NCBI GenBank assembly: GCA_902782705.1
Contig: CACZOL010000075.1
Location: forward strand, 1 to 30,252
Length of the DNA: 30,252 nt
Source: an uncultured Selenomonadaceae bacterium
GTDB lineage: Bacteria > Bacillota > Negativicutes > Selenomonadales > Selenomonadaceae
Reading direction: 5' to 3'
Part shown: piece after piece, positions 26,761 to 30,252 of the stretch
Numbering within the stretch: position 1 is the stretch's first letter
How the letters are laid out: every line of letters starts with the position of its first letter
Translations under genes and position numbers: made by a program
Notes under the pieces: model-generated
What the model saw: only the letters and a program-made list of their open reading frames with translations
What the model was told of the DNA's origin: nothing
The model's database searches: none

Positions 26761-28152
26761 ATGCAGCAGGGAGATACCATCAGTGCAATCGTAACGCCGT
26801 CGGGAGCAGGAGGCGTCGGAATTATACGCCTGAGCGGAGAAGAAGCCATCGCGATCGCGGATACGATGTTTCTCGCGAAAAGCGGGAAAAAACTGGAAGA
26901 CGCCGCGGCCTCTTCTTTTTCTTACGGTCATTTGATCGGAGGCAGCGGTGAGATTTTAGATGAAGCGATTGTACTCGTCATGCGCGCGCCCCATTCCTAT
27001 ACGAAAGAAGACGTCGTCGAGCTTCAATGTCACGGCGGCGCGGTCGTCCTGCGCGCCGTACTGGAAAGGACGCTTGCACTTGGCGCGCGTCCGGCGGAGC
27101 GTGGGGAATTTACAAAGCGCGCGTTTTTAAACGGACGGCTCGATCTTTCCGAGGCGCAGGCTGTGATGGAGGTCGTGGGGGCGCGCACGGAAACGTCTCT
27201 TCGTATGGCGTCCGGTCGTCTTGCCGGACGTTTTTCGGGAAAGGTAAAAGAAATTCGGCGGAAGATATTGGAAATGATCGCGCATCTGGAAGCGACGATT
27301 GATTTTCCCGAAGAAGAGATCGACGACGTCGTCATAGACGATGTGCGGCTTCGCATTATCATCTTAGAAGAGCAGATTGAAACAATCTTGAAAACGTCGC
27401 ACGCGGGAACCATCTTACGCGACGGGTTAAAAACTGCGATCATCGGCAAGCCGAACGTCGGAAAATCGAGTTTGATGAATGCGCTTCTTTTCGAGGAACG
27501 TGTTATTGTAACTGATATTCCGGGTACAACGAGGGACAGTATCGAAGTCTGTGCGGACGTCGGCGGCGTTCCCCTTTCCTTGATTGATACGGCCGGAATC
27601 CGCGAAGCGGAAGATAAGGCGGAAAAAATTGGCGTTGCGCGCGCACGCGACTGTGCGGAAAAAGCGGCGCTCATCTTGGCGGTTTTCGACGCATCATCGC
27701 CGATGACAGAAGAAGATAAAGAAATACTTTCCTTGGTAAAAGGGAAAGACACAATTTTCCTGCTCAATAAATCCGATTGTCCTTCATCGTCGGAAGCGTT
27801 GAACGAGGCCTTGATTCGTGAGGCGGCGCCAGAAGCAGCAGTGCTTCAGATTTCCGCGAAAACAGGCGAAGGGATGGAATCTTTGGCGCGTCAAATCGAG
27901 CAAACGGTGTATGACGGCGAGCTGAAAGGCGACGAAGCGTCTTTTGTGGCTGACGCGCGGGAGGCCGATATCCTGAGACGGGCCGCCGCGTTTCTCTCAG
28001 ACGCGCTGCAAACCATTGAAAACGGTATGAGCGCCGACTTCATCGTCATCGATCTTCGGTCGGCTTGGGAAAAATTGGGAGAGATCACGGGAGAGACCGT
28101 AGGCGAGGATATCATCGACGAGATTTTCCGCAGATTTTGTCTCGGTAAATAA
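26761..28152 (+). CDS. mnmE: tRNA modification GTPase MnmE
   Basis: GVGIIRLSG, GKPNVGKSS, DTAG, NKSD and C-terminal FCLGK. Confidence 0.97.
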   Translation: MQQGDTISAIVTPSGAGGVGIIRLSGEEAIAIADTMFLAKSGKKLEDAAASSFSYGHLIGGSGEILDEAIVLVMRAPHSYTKEDVVELQCHGGAVVLRAVLERTLALGARPAERGEFTKRAFLNGRLDLSEAQAVMEVVGARTETSLRMASGRLAGRFSGKVKEIRRKILEMIAHLEATIDFPEEEIDDVVIDDVRLRIIILEEQIETILKTSHAGTILRDGLKTAIIGKPNVGKSSLMNALLFEERVIVTDIPGTTRDSIEVCADVGGVPLSLIDTAGIREAEDKAEKIGVARARDCAEKAALILAVFDASSPMTEEDKEILSLVKGKDTIFLLNKSDCPSSSEALNEALIREAAPEAAVLQISAKTGEGMESLARQIEQTVYDGELKGDEASFVADAREADILRRAAAFLSDALQTIENGMSADFIVIDLRSAWEKLGEITGETVGEDIIDEIFRRFCLGK

Positions 28153-28200
28153 TTATATTTTAATAACAAATAATAAATGTTTAAATAAAGGAGAATTACC

Positions 28201-30102
28201 GTGTTTGTTGCCGGAGAATATGATGTAATCGTAATTGGGGCAGGGCACGCCGGCGTCGAAGCGGGGCTGGCTTCTGCGCGTATTGGGAGGAAGACGCTGC
28301 TCGCGACGCTTTCTATGGACAATATCGCGTTGATGCCCTGCAATCCGTCCATCGGCGGTCCGGCAAAAGGTCATCTTGTCCGTGAAGTCGACGCGCTCGG
28401 CGGAGAAATGGGAATTTCCATCGACAAGGCGGCAATCCAGTCGCGTCTCTTGAATACAGGCAAAGGACCGGCTGTTCATGCGCTCAGGGCGCAGGCGGAT
28501 AAAAAGCTGTATCAGTTTACGATGAAAGAAACCTGCGAGAAACAGGAAAATCTAGACGTGAAACAGCTCCTGATCGAGGATATCCAAGTCGAGAACGGCG
28601 AAGTTTGCGGCGTCGTCGCGGAAACGGGAGAGATCTACCGCTGCCGCGCGGTCATTTTGGCGACGGGTACTTATTTGCGCGGCCGTATCATTATCGGTGA
28701 AACGGTGTATGACGCAGGGCCGAACGGGCAGCGCGCCGCGATGAGATTGACGGATTCTTTGAAGCGTCTGGGAATCCGTCTGATGCGATTCAAGACCGGA
28801 ACGCCTGCTCGTGTGGATGCGCGATCCTTGGATTACGACGAAATGGAAATACAGCCGGGAGACGACGAGGCAGCGGCCTTTTCCTCTATGACGGACGAGC
28901 CGACACGCAGTGTAGCGCCCTGCTGGCTTACCTATACAAATGAAGAGACCCATCGAATCATTCGTGAAAATATCCATAGGGCGCCAATGGCAAACGGCGT
29001 GATCAAAGGCGTCGGTCCTCGTTATTGCCCGTCCATAGAGACAAAGATCGTGCGTTTTCCGGACAAAGAGCGTCATCAGCTATTCATTGAACCGGAAGGA
29101 ATACATACGCAGGAGATGTATGTGCAGGGAATGTCCACAAGCCTTCCGGTGGACGTGCAGATTGATTTCCTGCATACGATTCCCGGACTTCGTCATGCCC
29201 GCGTGATGCGCGCAGGCTATGCCATCGAATACGACTGCCTCGATCCGACGCAGCTTATGCCGACGCTGGAATTGAAGGCAATCCGCGGTTTCTTTTCAGC
29301 GGGACAGTCCAACGGCACTTCCGGCTATGAAGAAGCGGCGGCGCAAGGACTTGTCGCCGGCGTAAACGCGGCAATGTATGTGGCGGGTGGAGAGCCCCTT
29401 GTACTGAAGCGTTCGGAAGCGTATATCGGCGTTTTGATCGACGATCTCGTGACGAAAGGTACGCAGGAGCCGTATCGTATGATGACGTCCCGTGCCGAAT
29501 ACCGGTTAATCCTCAGACAGGATAACGCAGATCTCAGGCTGACGGAATACGGACGTCGTGTCGGACTGGTATCCGACGCCAGATATGATCGTTACAAAAA
29601 GAAAAAAGAAGAAATTGAAACGGCTTTTAAATTATTACAAGAAACAATCTTGACGCCGAGTCGAGAAACAAACGACAAATTGGCGGCGGAAAAACTTACG
29701 GAAATACGAACATCGATTTCTCTTTTTGATTTTTTGCGTCGGCCGGATGTAAATTATCGAAAAGTGCGGGACATGTTCAACCTGCCGCGTATTTCGGACG
29801 AAGCGGAAAAGCAAGTCGATATTACCGTCAATTATGAAGGATATATTCGTCGTCAGCAGGACCAAATTGCGCGTATGGAGCGTTTGGAGACGAAACTTTT
29901 GCCGCCGGATATGGACTATGCTTCGGTTCCGAGTCTTCGGGAAGAAGCGAGGGAAAAACTCGCTGCCGTTCGTCCGCGGTCCGTCGGTCAAGCGGGAAGA
30001 ATTTCCGGAGTTTCACCCGCCGATGTTTCGGTATTGCTCGTTTGGCTGGAAAAAGAGCGGCGGGCAAAAACGGCGGAGGAGGATCATCATGGAATTTCGT
30101 GA
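28201..30102 (+). CDS. mnmG: tRNA uridine-5-carboxymethylaminomethyl modification enzyme MnmG
   Basis: [26 protein letters not shown] and [17 protein letters not shown] motifs; GTG start. Confidence 0.97.
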   Translation: MFVAGEYDVIVIGAGHAGVEAGLASARIGRKTLLATLSMDNIALMPCNPSIGGPAKGHLVREVDALGGEMGISIDKAAIQSRLLNTGKGPAVHALRAQADKKLYQFTMKETCEKQENLDVKQLLIEDIQVENGEVCGVVAETGEIYRCRAVILATGTYLRGRIIIGETVYDAGPNGQRAAMRLTDSLKRLGIRLMRFKTGTPARVDARSLDYDEMEIQPGDDEAAAFSSMTDEPTRSVAPCWLTYTNEETHRIIRENIHRAPMANGVIKGVGPRYCPSIETKIVRFPDKERHQLFIEPEGIHTQEMYVQGMSTSLPVDVQIDFLHTIPGLRHARVMRAGYAIEYDCLDPTQLMPTLELKAIRGFFSAGQSNGTSGYEEAAAQGLVAGVNAAMYVAGGEPLVLKRSEAYIGVLIDDLVTKGTQEPYRMMTSRAEYRLILRQDNADLRLTEYGRRVGLVSDARYDRYKKKKEEIETAFKLLQETILTPSRETNDKLAAEKLTEIRTSISLFDFLRRPDVNYRKVRDMFNLPRISDEAEKQVDITVNYEGYIRRQQDQIARMERLETKLLPPDMDYASVPSLREEAREKLAAVRPRSVGQAGRISGVSPADVSVLLVWLEKERRAKTAEEDHHGIS

Positions 30103-30252
30103 CGAGGTGCGCGAGGCGGCAAAAGCCTATGGAACGCCGATTGACGCGGAACAAACGGAACGTTTCAATAAGTATTATGAGTTGTTATTGGAATGGAATG
30201 AGAAAATAAACTTAACTGCGATCACCAATCCAAAGGAGGTTGCGGTTAAACA
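30089..30252 (+). CDS. rsmG: 16S rRNA m7G527 methyltransferase RsmG, 5' part (runs off the window edge)
   Basis: Manual translation MEFRDEV...[30 protein letters not shown]; overlaps the mnmG end. Confidence 0.92.
   Translation, partial: MEFRDEVREAAKAYGTPIDAEQTERFNKYYELLLEWNEKINLTAITNPKEVAVK

Overview
Replication-origin region of a diderm Bacillota, most likely Negativicutes (Selenomonadales-like). This placement is inferred from a Bacillota-type origin gene order next to a TonB-dependent outer-membrane receptor. The right half is the conserved core: gyrB-remB(DUF370)-DUF721/dciA-recF-yaaA-dnaN-[oriC]-dnaA on the minus strand, and rpmH-rnpA-yidD-yidC-jag-mnmE-mnmG-rsmG on the plus strand. 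gyrA is not next to gyrB; it starts about 16 kb away at the left edge. Between them sit a Ppx/GppA gene, a divergent guanylate-kinase-like gene, and a ~13.7 kb minus-strand cluster: TonB-dependent receptor, a 104-aa His-repeat protein I do not recognise, a stand-alone CobN-family chelatase, two lipoprotein binding proteins, a FecCDE/BtuCD-type importer, an ABC-2 exporter, and exbB-exbD-tonB. I see no cobalamin riboswitch and no CobST/ChlID partner. My best reading is a metallo-tetrapyrrole (possibly heme) import, metal-removal and porphyrin-export system with a new small metal- or heme-binding protein. That function is inference. Several structured intergenic elements are also notable. All work was by eye; no database searches were run.
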